Assembly: GCA_013265495.1 (NCBI GenBank)
Contig: MU061579.1
Coordinates: 186,001-250,000 of the forward strand
Origin: Vicugna vicugna
Lineage: Eukaryota
Direction of reading: 5' to 3'
Length of the DNA: 64,000 nucleotides
The translations under genes and the position numbers were made by a program. Of the stretch, positions 38,601 to 50,934 are shown one piece after another. Each line of letters opens with the position of its first letter. Positions within the stretch are counted from its first letter, which is position 1. The notes below the pieces were generated by a model. It did no database searches and was not told the origin of the DNA. It saw nothing but the letters and a program-made list of their open reading frames with translations.

Positions 38601-39489
38601 GTTTTGATATGGATCCTTACCAGTGTGGTATCTTCTCACATTTATGGTTTTGTCTGTATCAGGGAATAAGGTCAAAGTATAACTTCCATAGTTAATTCAA
38701 CAAACACTTAAATGTCTGCCTCCATTTTTGTCCAGGAGCTGTTTGCTGGAAGTTAGACTGAGTATTATAACCATTTTTAAACTATTACCATTTTCTCAAA
38801 AAGCTACTGATGTTTCTTGGCAGAGAAGGTTTGAGTCTGACAAACAATGAGCATGGGAAACATCTCTGATATAGAAGAAAATACTTTCAATAACGGACGT
38901 GCAGAATTCTGTGATTTTACTCCATTGGTAGTATTTCCCATAATGTTTTAGTGTCTAAATAAAATTGTATTTCTTCCTCCTTAGCAATTTTATGTCAACC
39001 AACAGCTTGTTTCAACATTTTTTTTACACACTGTGGTCTTTAAGCATGACCAGTGCTTAGCAGTGGGTTTAATTCACTGTAATAATGCAAAATGCTGTTG
39101 ATTAATAAAACAAGGGTGAGTTTAAGATGAGAGACACAATCATAGCCAACTGGCCTTATTTTATGTTAAACTTAAAAAGGACTTTGAAAGCCTGACTAAT
39201 GAAAACTTTTAATCCATCATTTTCATTGTTTTACCAAGGTCTATGAATTGCCTAGTATTAGCATTTAATTCCCACGTAAAATGTTATTTTTCCTTCAGAA
39301 GACACCCACATATTTACATATTTATAGTAGACTGATGATCATCTGTCCACGCCAGTGAGAAAAAGTTAAGCAGAACGTGCTAAACTACATCTTACCCCAT
39401 CTCTTACGGTTTTTGTGATACTCTGATATTCCCACTAAATTCAAACTCTCTTTTAAATTTGAGCTTCCGGTTTCTCCCTGATTCATGTA

Positions 39490-41891
39490 CACACATACTC
39501 TGTTTTATTCTGCTTCTCTTTATTGCACTTCATAGATACTTTGTTTTTTTACGGATTGGAGGTTCGTGGAACCCTCTGTTGAGCAAGTCCTTGGGTGCCA
39601 TTTTTCCAACATTTGCTCACTTCGTGTCTCTGTGTCACACTGTGGTAATTCTCACAATACTGCAAACTGTTCATTATTATTATATTTGTTACGGTGATCT
39701 GTGATCAGTGATCTCTGATGTTACCATTGGAACTTTTCCGGCACTGTGAACCAACTCATGTAACATGGTGAACTTAATAGATAAATGTGTGTGTTCTAAC
39801 TGCCCCACCAACCAGCTGTTTCCTTATCTCTCTCCTTCTCCTCGGGTTCCCTGTCCCCTGAGACACAACAATGTTGACATTAGGCCAATTAATAACCCTA
39901 TAATGGCCACTAAGTGTTAAAACTGAAAGGAAGAGTCACATGTCTCTCACTTTAAAGCAAAAGCCAGAGATGATTAAGCTTAGTGAGGAAGGCATATCAA
40001 AAGCCGAGATGGGGAAGCTTGGCCTTTTGTGCCAGTTACCTAAGTTGTGAATGCAAGGGAAAAGTTCTTGAAGGAAATTAAAAGTGCTCCTCCAGTGAAC
40101 ACACGAATGCTAAGAAAGTGAAGCAGACTTATTGCCGATATGGAGAAGGTTTTAGTGATCTGCGTAGAAGATCAAACCAGCCACAACATTCCCTTAAGCC
40201 AAAGCCTAATCCAGACCAGGGCCCTAACTCTCTTCAATTGTATGAAGGCTGAGAGAGGTGAGGAAGCAGCAGAAGAAAAGTTTGAAGCTGGTGGAGTTTG
40301 GGTCATGAGGTTTAAAGCAAGAAGCTGTCTTCGTAACATAAAACTGCAAGGCTATAAGCGGCAAATGCTGATGTAAAAGTTGCAGCAGGTTATCCAGATC
40401 TAAGGTAATTAATGAAGATGGCTACACTAAACAAGAGATTTTCAATGTAAATGAAACGGCCTTCTGTTGGAAGAAGATGCCATCTAGGACTCTGACAGCT
40501 GGAAAGGAGAAGTCAGTGTCTGGGTTCAAAGCTTCAAAGGGACAGACTGTCTGTCTTGGTCAGGGCTAATGTAGTTGGTGACTTTAAGTTGAAACCAGTG
40601 CTCATTTGCCATTCCAAAAAATCCTAGGGCCTTTGAGAATTAGGCTCAGTCTACTCTGCCTGTGCTCTAAAAGCGGAACAACAAAGCCTGAATGACAAAA
40701 CATCTGTTGACAACACAATTTACTGAATATTTTAAGCCCACTGTTGTGATCTATTGCTCAGAAAGAAAGATTCCTTTCAAAGTATCATGGCTCATTGACA
40801 AAGCACCTCATTGATAATACACCTCATTGCCAGTGCGCCCGGGAGCTCTGATGGAGACACACAATGCAGTTAATGTTGTTGTCATGCCTGCTGCCACAAC
40901 ATTCATTCTGCAGCTTGTGGATCAAGGATTAATTTTGACTTTCAAGCCTTTTTATTTGCGAATTACGTTTCATAAGACTATAGCCACCATAGATAGTGAT
41001 TCCTCTGATGAATTCGGCAAAGTCAATTGAAAACTTTCTGGAAAAAACTCACCATTCTAGATGTCATAAAGAGCATTTGTGATTCATGGGAAGAAGTCAA
41101 AATACCAGTATTAACAGGAATTTGGAAGAAGTTGATTCCAATCCTAATGGACAACTTTAAGGGATTTACAAATTTAGTGGAGGAAGGAACAGCAAATGTG
41201 GTGGAGAGAGCAAAAGAACTAGAATCAGAAGTGGAGCCTGAAGATGTGACTGAATTGCTGCTATCTCATGATCAAATTTCAACAGATGAGGAGTTTTTCC
41301 TTATGGATGAGCATAAAAGTGTTTTCTTGCAATGGAAAAACTGCTCGTGGTGAAGACAGTTTAAATTACAACAAAGGCTTTAGACTATTACATCAACTTA
41401 GTTGCTAATGTAGCAACAGGGTTTGAAAGGATTGACTCCAATTTTGAAAGAAGTTCTACTATGGGTAAAGTGCTATCAAACAATATTGCTTGCCACAGAG
41501 AAATTTCTCATGAAAGGAAGAATTGATCAGTGTGGCAAACGTAATTGTTGTCTTATTTTGAGACGTTTGCATAGCCACCCCAACCTTCAGCAGTCACCAC
41601 ACTGGTCAGTCAAAAGCCATCAACATGGAGGCAAGACCTTCCAGCAGCAAAAAGTGTATGATTCACTGAAGGCTCAGATGATGGTTAGCATTTTTTAGCA
41701 ATAAAGTATTTTTTAATTAAGGTATGTACATTGGTTTCTGAGACCTACTGCTATTGCACTTACTAGACTGCAGTGTGATGTAAACATAGCATGCACTGGG
41801 AAAACAGCATTTGTCTGACTAGCTTTATTGCAGCATTCACTTTATTGGGGAGGTTTGGAACTAAACCCACAGTATCTCTGAGGTATGCCTA
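39490..41891 (+). mobile_element. Full-length Tigger1 (TcMar-Tigger/pogo) DNA transposon
   Basis: Left end TA|CACACATACTCTGTTTTATT (consensus CAGGCATACCTCGTTTTATT); right end TCTCTGAGGTATGCCTA|TA; TA TSD on both sides; 2402 bp; transposase remnants inside. Confidence 0.97.
39903..41688 (+). pseudogene. Inactivated Tigger1 pogo-family transposase ORF
   Basis: ORF-track pieces [31 protein letters not shown] and KTFWKKLTILDVIKSICDSWEEVK lie in different frames with stops; ORF ends EGSDDG*. Confidence 0.9.
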
Positions 41892-44800
41892 TATTTACAT
41901 GTTATGAAGCTTACTCTCTGTTCATCATTCTGCTTTCTAATTCTCAGGCATCTAATTCTTTATTGTGAGAAGGTATGTATGTTTATGTGGTATGACTCTG
42001 AATTTCAATTTCTTTTCTTCCAGGATGCTCGAAACATATTCTTATTACTGTCTCTGTGATAAGCAACACAGTAAAACCATACCGTATTTAGGACCTTAAT
42101 TGTACCAAAGGCATAATGCATTTGATGGTTTATTAGTTGTTTGCTGAGACCAGAGACTTGAGATAATTATCTATAGGAGGTTAAACACTGATAAAAATGT
42201 GAAGGAATAGACCAGAATGTGTGGTCTTGGAGGTTTCCATCAGACATACCTTGCATGTAATCATTTATAGGGCAGAGAATGATATGGAGAAGAAAGAAAA
42301 GTGAAACTCCATGAGTTTAAACTTTCTTCATCTTTCAAATGAAGAAGTTGAATGTATGATTCTGGGATAATTTCTGTTTAAGTAGCTTCTTAATTTATGA
42401 GTCTGTGACAGAATCAATGATAAACTTCCCTTGACTGCACAAATAGAATTTTTCCACATCTTACTTTAAAGACTGGCCTTGGTGGTCTTTAATTCAAGTG
42501 AAAGTTATCCTGGAGCCTAGGGCTTTAAATTCTTTCTTCATGTCTTTGCATCTTCAAAACCTAGAACAAAAATAAGATGCATTTTATTTAGTGCAAGTTT
42601 AAAATATGGTGTATAATGGCTTATGTTATACTATACAATTCAAAAGGAAGAATTTTCCTCCTGCACTGGTAAAGCCATCCATATTGTAAATATCCAATTT
42701 TTTCTCAGCATCTGGTATGTCACAAACTTTTGGGGAGCGATCGAACATTTTCCCACATACAAAATTGCTTTGCATTGAACTACCATGCTAAAAAGATCAT
42801 GTAGACAGGGGCTTCTTTTGAGATAGGAGATCTGCAAAATGTCATCAGGGATTCCCTTTTTCATCAAGATGTATGATTTGGCAGGTAGCTCATTAATTGG
42901 TCTTTCTAGAAATTATTGTCTTCAAGGCTGCCAGCTGATTATAATGTTTCATTCTCAAATATGATGGGAATGTCTCAGCATTTGAAATTACCTGCCAACT
43001 CTCAGATAATTCCATGGTCTCTGAAGCTGACATCTAAAGCAGTCTGGACACAAACAGCTATTATTTTATGGAAACAGTACCCAAAAGCTTATCATTGTTT
43101 ATTTTTAATAACTAGCAGAGATTACAAAAAATTCTACTTGCCTCTTAGGCACATTATAAAAATAAATTAACTGTAGAATGGCACATTGTTCTCAGAAGTT
43201 AATTAAATTTGGGTTTGTGAAATTATTTTACTGTCTGCATACCACCATCTTCCACAATTTTCAAAGTTCTCAAACTTTTATTAATAAGTGCAAGCTTCTT
43301 TGAATCAAGTCTTTACTCCTATTTCATAGAATTTGGTCTATGAAACTATAAAAAATTTCACACTTCTGTGAGCATGCCACAAAAAAGTAGATATTTTTAT
43401 GATGATTATGTTGAAAGTTATTTTTCTGTATGAAACATGATGTTGGAGCTATAGCTTTATAAACTGCAATAAAGTTATCACAGGAGAATATTTATTATCA
43501 GTGCTTTTGGTCTTATTTCCTCTTAAGAAAACATTAGATAAGAGAAGAGCTACTAAGATATGCATTTCACCTTTTTAAATGATGTATATTACTGATTTTA
43601 ACAAGAATCACTTTATTAAGGCAGATGCAGATAATCCCATGAACAATAAAGACTGAATATCCAGCAAAGAAGCCAAATGTTTGAGCTGAAAGTAAAGCTA
43701 GAAAAATACTTGTTCACCCCCTCAAAGAAATTGAGACTACCATTTTACCTCTCTAACTTTGAATAAAGAGGCAATGAAGGGGCATTAAACCTTCTGAAAA
43801 GACATTTTTATATGGTGGTGAATGAAAAGGTTGAGTTTTCATTAAAAGATAAATGCAACAGCAGTTCGAAGACTGAGGACAGGAGCAGTTGCTTTAAAAT
43901 TTTCAAATGCAGAATGAATAAAATAATGTCCATGTAAACAGGTCAAATATAAACTAAAAACACATTCTGACCCCCTGAAAAAAAAATACGCGTAGTCATA
44001 TAAAACTGAATTCTCACCCAGTTTCACAAGGTTCACATCCTCCCATTTCTGACCTCCTCAGTTCATACTTATTAATCTTCCATTATGTTATTGATTGCAT
44101 TCTGCACAAGGATTCAAACAAAAATTTAATGCTAGTCTAATGGAGCATGCTGTCTTGAAAGTAGCTTTATTCCACTATTGCAGACTGATTGATCTGAGTA
44201 ACAAAGTGATGAAAGGGAGCCAAACAGTCTGAAAAGGGATAAAACATGATAGCAAAACAAAAATATTCCAAGCCAGAGTGTAAGATCAGCAAAACTATAG
44301 ATCAGTGGAGCACAACGGAGAACCCAGAAACTATCCAACACATGAACATTTTATTTACGACGTGTGTCAGGCTTCCTGTTTAACTTCCCCCTCTGAGTAA
44401 ACATTCGTTGAATTCTCTTCATTGAATACTTGTTCTTTTCCTAATGATATGTCACACCACTTGGCATCTGTCAGATTTCTGCGTATGTGTGGGTTTATTT
44501 CTGGTCTCTGTTCTGTTCCATTCATCAGTTTTTCTGTCTTTATACCTATAATATACTAGGCTACTTACTCTACTTTAAGAGGCAGTCTGGTAACTTGGTG
44601 ATGCATCTCTTTTTTTTTTTTTTTATCTTTTCCAAGCTGTTTTAGTTATATGCTATTTCTTATAAAAATGTACCACTTTGTTAAATATCACAAAGATCTC
44701 CATTGGGATATTTCTTAGAGATGTTTTATTGATCACTAGGATATTCTATGATAAGTTTGGGAAAATGATATTGTATAATATTAAGCCTTCTAAACATGGG

Positions 44801-45319
44801 GTATTTCTCTATTTTCTTAGGTGTTCTTTAATGCCCTTTATTACAGTTTTTTATTCATTGTAAAAAATTCTTGCATATTAGTTACTAAATTTATTCCCAA
44901 ATAAAATACAGTTGTATTGCTATTGTAAGTTATGGCATATAGTCTGTTGTTCAAATATTTGTTGCTGATGTTTAGAAATAAAATTGGCTTTTTAAATCAT
45001 ATCCAGCGAGCCTTCTAATCTTCTCAATTATTTATAATAAATTGTCTAGATATCTGTTTGTGTTTCCATGTAGAAAGTCATTAAGGACAAGTAATGACAG
45101 TTTTATTTTCCTCTTTCTCATTCCTACATATTTATTTAATTTTATTTTCTTATTGGACTATATAAAGCCTCCAGTGCAGAATGAATAAAAGAGAAAATAG
45201 AGGCTATTCTTCTCCATTTTAAAGGAAGTACTTCTACATTTACCCATTTAAGTTGTGTCAGTATTTTAGGTTGGGTAGGTAATTCTCATCAAATTAAAAC
45301 ATTTTCTTTTTTTTTTTTT

Positions 45320-45440
45320 TTTCAGTCGAAAGTTAAGATGATGTCTTCTTTGTGTGAGGAACTATTCTAGGTGCCTGAGATGATATATCAATAAAGAGAA
45401 CAAGCTAAATTCCCTGTCTTCCTAAAACTTAAGTTCCAGA
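45320..45440 (-). mobile_element. L2 3' end
   Basis: TGTGTGAGGAACTATTCTAGGTGCCTGAGAT...ATTCCCTGTCTTCCTAAAACTTAAGTTCCAG. Confidence 0.5.
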
Positions 45441-45806
45441 GTGCCTAGTTCACAAATAATTTATGTTTGTTGGTTTGGTTTTGTTTTTCTTGCTTATGAA
45501 TACATATTACATTTTATAAGGACCTTTTTCTGTATCTATTGAGATGGTTGTATTTTTCTCCTTTAATCTCTTAATGGAGTTAATTACATTTAAAAGTATA
45601 ATATTTAAACGTCCTTGCATAGCTAAGAAAATCCCAGTATGATAAATGTTAGCTTTTTAAAAATGTGGTGAAAATTTGACCTGCTAATACAGTGAGATCA
45701 AGAAAAGGACTCCAGTAGACCTGACAGAGTCCAGAAGGCTTTTCTTGCAACCTTTCAAAGCAGGCCCAGATTCCCGTTTACTACATGGTAGTTGTTTCAC
45801 ACTCAG

Positions 45807-45842
45807 GTGTGTGTATGTGTGTGTGCGCGCGCGTGTGTACAT
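45807..45842. repeat. (GT)n(GC)n alternating purine-pyrimidine tract
   Basis: 36 bp of RY alternation. Confidence 0.9.
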
Positions 45843-46829
45843 CTGTGTATAATTGTTGTCGTTTAAAAATGACAAACTCTTGGACTCCCAAGACAATACC
45901 GAAGATTTCAGAATTTTCCTGGTTGATTAAAGCCAATATTATTGGCCCAATCAAGAGTTCTTGAGCTGGGGAAACCTTAAACACACAAGGACCTAACTGA
46001 TCCTCAAAATAAGACTTTGTGCCACTTCTCCAGCCGGCCGATCCCTTCTCTGCATTTTCTACCTCTACTTTGCTAAGATAGTTTTAACTTTTCTTTCATT
46101 TCAAACAGAGAGAGTTGACTGTAGGATGGCAATAACTTACTAATTGCCTTATTTCCTAATTTGTGTTATTGGAAATTTTACTGAATTTTTTTAGGACGCA
46201 TGCATCTATATTCATGGATCAAGTTAGCCTATCATTATCATTTCCCACATTCTTTCTAGTATTGGTCATCAAGGTTATATTAGCCCCATAGAATGAGATG
46301 CAAAGCATTCAGTCTTCCTGAAAAACATCAAATTGATGTGAGTCTTGAAAATTTGGTAGAAATATGCGTTAAAGCCAGGGCTTGTTGTTTTCTTTGTAGA
46401 AAGATGTTAAAATATGACTTCAATATGTTTAATAAATCTAGCAATATTATTCAGGCTCTCAGTTTCATCCTGAGTCAGATTAGATGTTAGCAAGTACAAT
46501 TTTTTAATAACTATTTTTATCTTTTTGAATTCATTGCCATAAACTGTTAATAGAACTTTTTCAATTATCCTTATAATGCCTGCTACACTGTAGTTATGGT
46601 ATCTTTTTTATTTATAATGTTACTGACTTGTGAATTCTTTTCGTGGTTGGTGTTTGTAGTGGTTTGTCCATTGTTTGGAAGTCTTGTGAAAAAAATCAAC
46701 TTTTGCCTCAATTAATCCTTTCTGTGCTTTTAAATTTTATATTTTATTGATTTCTTACTTTAGTCTTTATTATTAGTCTTTACAATTTTTTGTATTTATT
46801 TTATTTACTTTATGCTGCCACCACCCTCC

Positions 46830-47227
46830 ATTCTGTTCCACTGTGCAGAAATTTGAAATTATCTTTGACTCCTCCTCATGCCCCAATCCGTAGGCGTATT
46901 TTTGCCTCAGAAATATCTCTCAGAAATATTCTCTACTGTCTCTCATTCCAAAGGAACTCTATAAATGCTGATTCTTCACACTGACATCTCCTTTCCCCAT
47001 TCATTCTGTTAACTTCTCTTCGATCTCTAAAGCGTCTCCTGGCATATAAACCATTTCTTCATAGCATTTATCACAGTTGTAGTCTCTCATTCTTTTGTGA
47101 ATTATTTGATCAATACTCTCTCACTGGACTTAAATCTTCAGGGGAACAGGAACCCAGTCTATCTTGCTCACCAGTATCATCCTAGGTCTTGGTAATCAAT
47201 AATTATATTTTAAATGAATAAATAAAT
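46830..47227 (+). mobile_element. L2 3' region
   Basis: CATAGCATTTATCACAGTTGTA...GGGAACAGGAACCCAGTCTATCTTGCTCACC...AAATGAATAAATAAAT. Confidence 0.7.
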
Positions 47228-47826
47228 CAAAACATAGGCAAATGAACTTGGCTACTGGATAAAATTATAAAGACTCAGGTTTTGGCTCTATAAAATACAT
47301 TTTAATTCAGATAAATAAAAAAAAAACTGCATTTTGGAAGTAGTTTATCAGTCAGTTGGTAGAAATATTGCAGAGAAGTTTCCAGAACCAAATAAGAATT
47401 ACACAAGTTTGTTTCATGATTATTCCAATTTGAGTACGCTAGATTAGCATTAAGTGAAAAAAAAATTAATTCTAAAGGAAAATGAGATAGAAACATGTAT
47501 GGATTTAGGAGTGGTTCAATTCACTCTATTCAGAGTATTTGATATGGCATGCATTTTGTCATCCTGTTGATAAAGTAATTTACTCACTTTTATATGTTGA
47601 GTGAAGTGCATAATCCCTTTATGCAGCCAATTAATTAAAAGAGTTATTTCATTTTCTTTCTGATTTAAGACTCTAATCATTAGGTAGATAACAAGTGATA
47701 AACTGTTGACATGATCTGTACGGTTTTGTTTTTTCATTCTGAAAAAAAAAAAAATTACTGTTAGAAACACCAAAAGTGATACAGGCAGAGAACAAGACAT
47801 ACCCTACTAATGAAAACAGCAGAAGG

Positions 47827-47885
47827 TATTTATTTTATTTTATTTTATTTTATTTTATTTTATTTTATTTTATTTTATTTTATTT
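47827..47885. repeat. (TATTT)n pentanucleotide microsatellite, about 11 units
   Basis: Directly visible. Confidence 0.97.
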
Positions 47886-49427
47886 CTGTTATTAGTATGA
47901 GATTTATGCTTAAATCATTCTTCAGATGGTTGAAAAATGAAGTCAAGAAAGGGTTAAGGTAGAGTATATAATGACCAGTGGGAGTGATGAATAATATTTA
48001 GAAAATCTCAAGATTATTGTTTTGATTTCATGTTTTAAGTCGCAGCCACTGGGAAGTCTTTAAAACTCTCACAGGCATCATGATCAAGTGAAATAAACTC
48101 CTGTGCTTTAAAATGTTGTGAATGAAATTGTTAGTCAGGTTGCTTCTCTAAGAAAAATCAATAAGCCGTTTTCATAATGTGGGTCAAGCTATTTCCACAC
48201 TAGTGTTTGGAGAAAAAATGTGTTAACCTAAGGGAATATTTCCCCCCCTTTTTTTTCTTTTTTCTACTCTAAAAGCATTTGAAATAACATGTAATGGCTC
48301 TTCAAAGATCAATAAGCACTCTCTTCTATCAAATGTCTGTTCCTTGAACTAGGAAAATTAAAACAGGCCAACAGAGCAATACAATTTATTTATGAAAAAA
48401 GTAAAGGCTATAGTTCATATAATCAGATTACATGCAAATTGTGAGCCAGTTGGCTCACTGAATAACCAGTGACACTTTTTTAGCAGCAGACAATGTGACT
48501 TGATTTGGTGAACATAACCCAAGCTTTCTTTCTAAGGTAGAAATTACTTTCTTTTTCAACAGGAGGAATTATCATTGTATTTTGGTCTCTAAGTCATGGA
48601 TGAATCATGGTATCTCTGTAATTCCATTTAGTGAAACCATTTACTTTCCTAAAGTCCATGCCACAATTGTAATTCCATGAAACTAATTCCATGGGCCACT
48701 GCCCACATTGAAAATATGATCTAGAGAGCAGGAGACATGTAAACAATTACAACAAGATTCTTTTTTGAAGGATGGAGAAGGACACTCAATAAAAGGTGAA
48801 TGTTGTGAAGACAGAGTTGGAATCTGTATTGTGGGATAGCTTCGTAAGTGATGCGCTGAATGAGAAAATTAAGATAAAGTACAAAGGTGTCTTTTACAGT
48901 TTGGGTCTAAATTGTATCTGAGTTTTTCTTTATTTACTTCATTAATACTCCCAGAAAAATTAGAGCTAAACACCAAAATATATATATTAAATGATGTGAA
49001 AGTTTGACTTCTTCACTAAAATGTAAACTCAATGAGAAAATAGATCAGGAAATTATATTTCCTTCCATAACCTCAGTCCTCACACACATTTTTGACAAAT
49101 AAATATTGAAAAAAGAATTAAGCTCAAGTATCTAATATTTAACAGAAAAATTACTGATTAAAAAGCTGTAATCAACACAAGTATGTAATTGTGCTATTAT
49201 AATTTTTGGTTCATTTATTTTCAAGTCACTCGTATGTTGTATTATTTTGTACATAATGTGTGACTCAGTAAATAAATCTAAAAATTATAGGAATATATAG
49301 ATTCCCTTTCATGAAAAAAAAAGACCAAAAAAAGAAAACTCGTGGATGAAGTCTATTACAGTTGCTTCAGTGTCATCTCCTCTGATGTAATGGTGATAAA
49401 AAACAAATTCCATTATGATAAATCTAA

Positions 49428-49685
49428 TAATAGTAGCTTACATTTTTGGAGTATTGCTATGAGTCTGGCATTGTTCTGAGAACCTTAGATCCATCATCTT
49501 AATTGAATAATCAAACAACAGTAATAATTTGGTAATATCATGATTCCCATGTTACAGATGAGAAAACTGAAATACAGATGACTTAATTAAATTATCAGTA
49601 GTCACTGGCTATTCCGTAACTGAACTAAGACTTGAACACAGAGTGGCAGATTCCAAAGTATGTACTTTGCATTATTATATCATAT
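49428..49685 (-). mobile_element. Near full-length MIR
   Basis: CCCATGTTACAGATGAGAAAACTGAAATACAGA core with collinear flanks. Confidence 0.8.
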
Positions 49686-49747
49686 AATTTTTCTAATTAA
49701 AGTAATGATAGTGATTATAATGATCATGATGATAATAATGATAAGTA

Positions 49748-49940
49748 AATAACATTTATTGATCATTTATTTTTTGTAAGGCATCATGCAAAGTGCTATT
49801 TTTTGCATGCTTTGTCAAATTTGAAACTCACAAAGATCATAAAATAGTATGTTAATCTTATTATCGTTAACTTTACTAGTAAAGGAGCTAAAGTGTCGTG
49901 TGCTCACATTTGCACCTTTAGTAAGTGCCAAAACCCATAA
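49748..49940 (-). mobile_element. Second, tandem MIR
   Basis: TAACATTTATTGATCATTTA...AGGCATCATGCAAAGTGCT antisense MIR tail. Confidence 0.55.
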
Positions 49941-50539
49941 GTTTACTTTGGCTTGAGTTCATGCTAACATAATTTTTAGTTAGTAAATATATGCTCCTGA
50001 GAAATTGAAATGATTCTTAAAACTGCACAAAAATACTGCACCTTATCCTGAAGTCCAGTGCTAAACTAAATAAATCTATCTTGGTAAAGATACTGTTTGC
50101 TATGAATAGCAAAACATAACTGTTTTAAAAAGGAATGCAGATAACACATTATAAGGTTGAGAATTCCACATTCCAGTTCCTTCCAATGTCTCATACTTTA
50201 ACACACCACCTACATGCATACACACACATAGGCTGGTGAGTGCATCTCTGAATTAGTAACATATACGTGAAACACAGTTTAGTTTTCTATTCATTCCTAC
50301 TAAAAGCAACAGTTCACTTACTCATATTTGTATATTTTCATTTAAGTTTTGATGGAGGGAGAAAAGCTCAATGTATAAAGTAGATTTTTAAAATGAAGGG
50401 ACAGGACATAAAACCAAAGAACTCTGTGATTATGAAAGATCGTTAAAAGTTTTCCCATTTTAACATCTCTGATATTTCACTGTACATCTCCTTCAGTTTT
50501 TCACAAGTCAGTCTGTTCTCTTTTCAGAAGGTTTTGTAA

Positions 50540-50760
50540 TTGTTACAGATGCCTTCCCTATCATGCACTTAAGTCTTGATTCCTTAGCCTGCAGCCTTTG
50601 ATATAATTCTTCCTCTTGGGATAATATAGAATAAGATTATTCCCCTTTATATAAGTATCATCTTAAAACTAAGTTTTTCTTCTTGAACTAAACACTCCCA
50701 GTTTTTTAGCCATGGCATTGAGCTCTCACTTTTACTTCTCCTTAATTCTATGACTTTCCT
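50540..50760 (-). mobile_element. CR1/L3 fragment
   Basis: TTTTCTTCTTGAACTAAACACTCCCAGTTTTTTAGCC resembles antisense L3. Confidence 0.4.
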
Positions 50761-50934
50761 TTTCTGGCCCCAGTGTGTAAATTCTACACTGTTGTCACAC
50801 CTTTGGTGACTAATATACACTTAACAGTGAATAATACTTCAAGCATGGCGCAGCTGAGCAGCAAGACATACGAAAGAGGGAAGAGCAGACAATAGATCCC
50901 CTGAATTATTCCATAAAACTACAATTCCCAGAGG

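Larger units (their letters stand above)
44400..46800 (-). mobile_element. Old L1 ORF2 fragment, interrupted at about 45320-45440 and 45690-46185
   Basis: TATGTGTGGGTTTATTTCTGGTCTCTGTTCTGTTCCATT; TTTTCTGTATCTATTGAGATG; GGTCATCAAGGTTATATTAGCCCCATAGAATGAG. Confidence 0.75.

Noticed and set aside
39903..41688. Domesticated TIGD1-like gene
   Set aside because: Multiple stops and frameshifts, a mutated first catalytic Asp, and TIRs plus TA TSD still present; this is a dead transposon
41948..42030. 25-nt micro-exon followed by a strong acceptor
   Set aside because: The implied intron is only about 51 nt and the exon is not frame-preserving; likely chance splice-like motifs
44280..44540. Twin-priming L1 inversion
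   Set aside because: The plus and minus pieces cover the same ORF2 segment and are diverged, which fits independent fragments better
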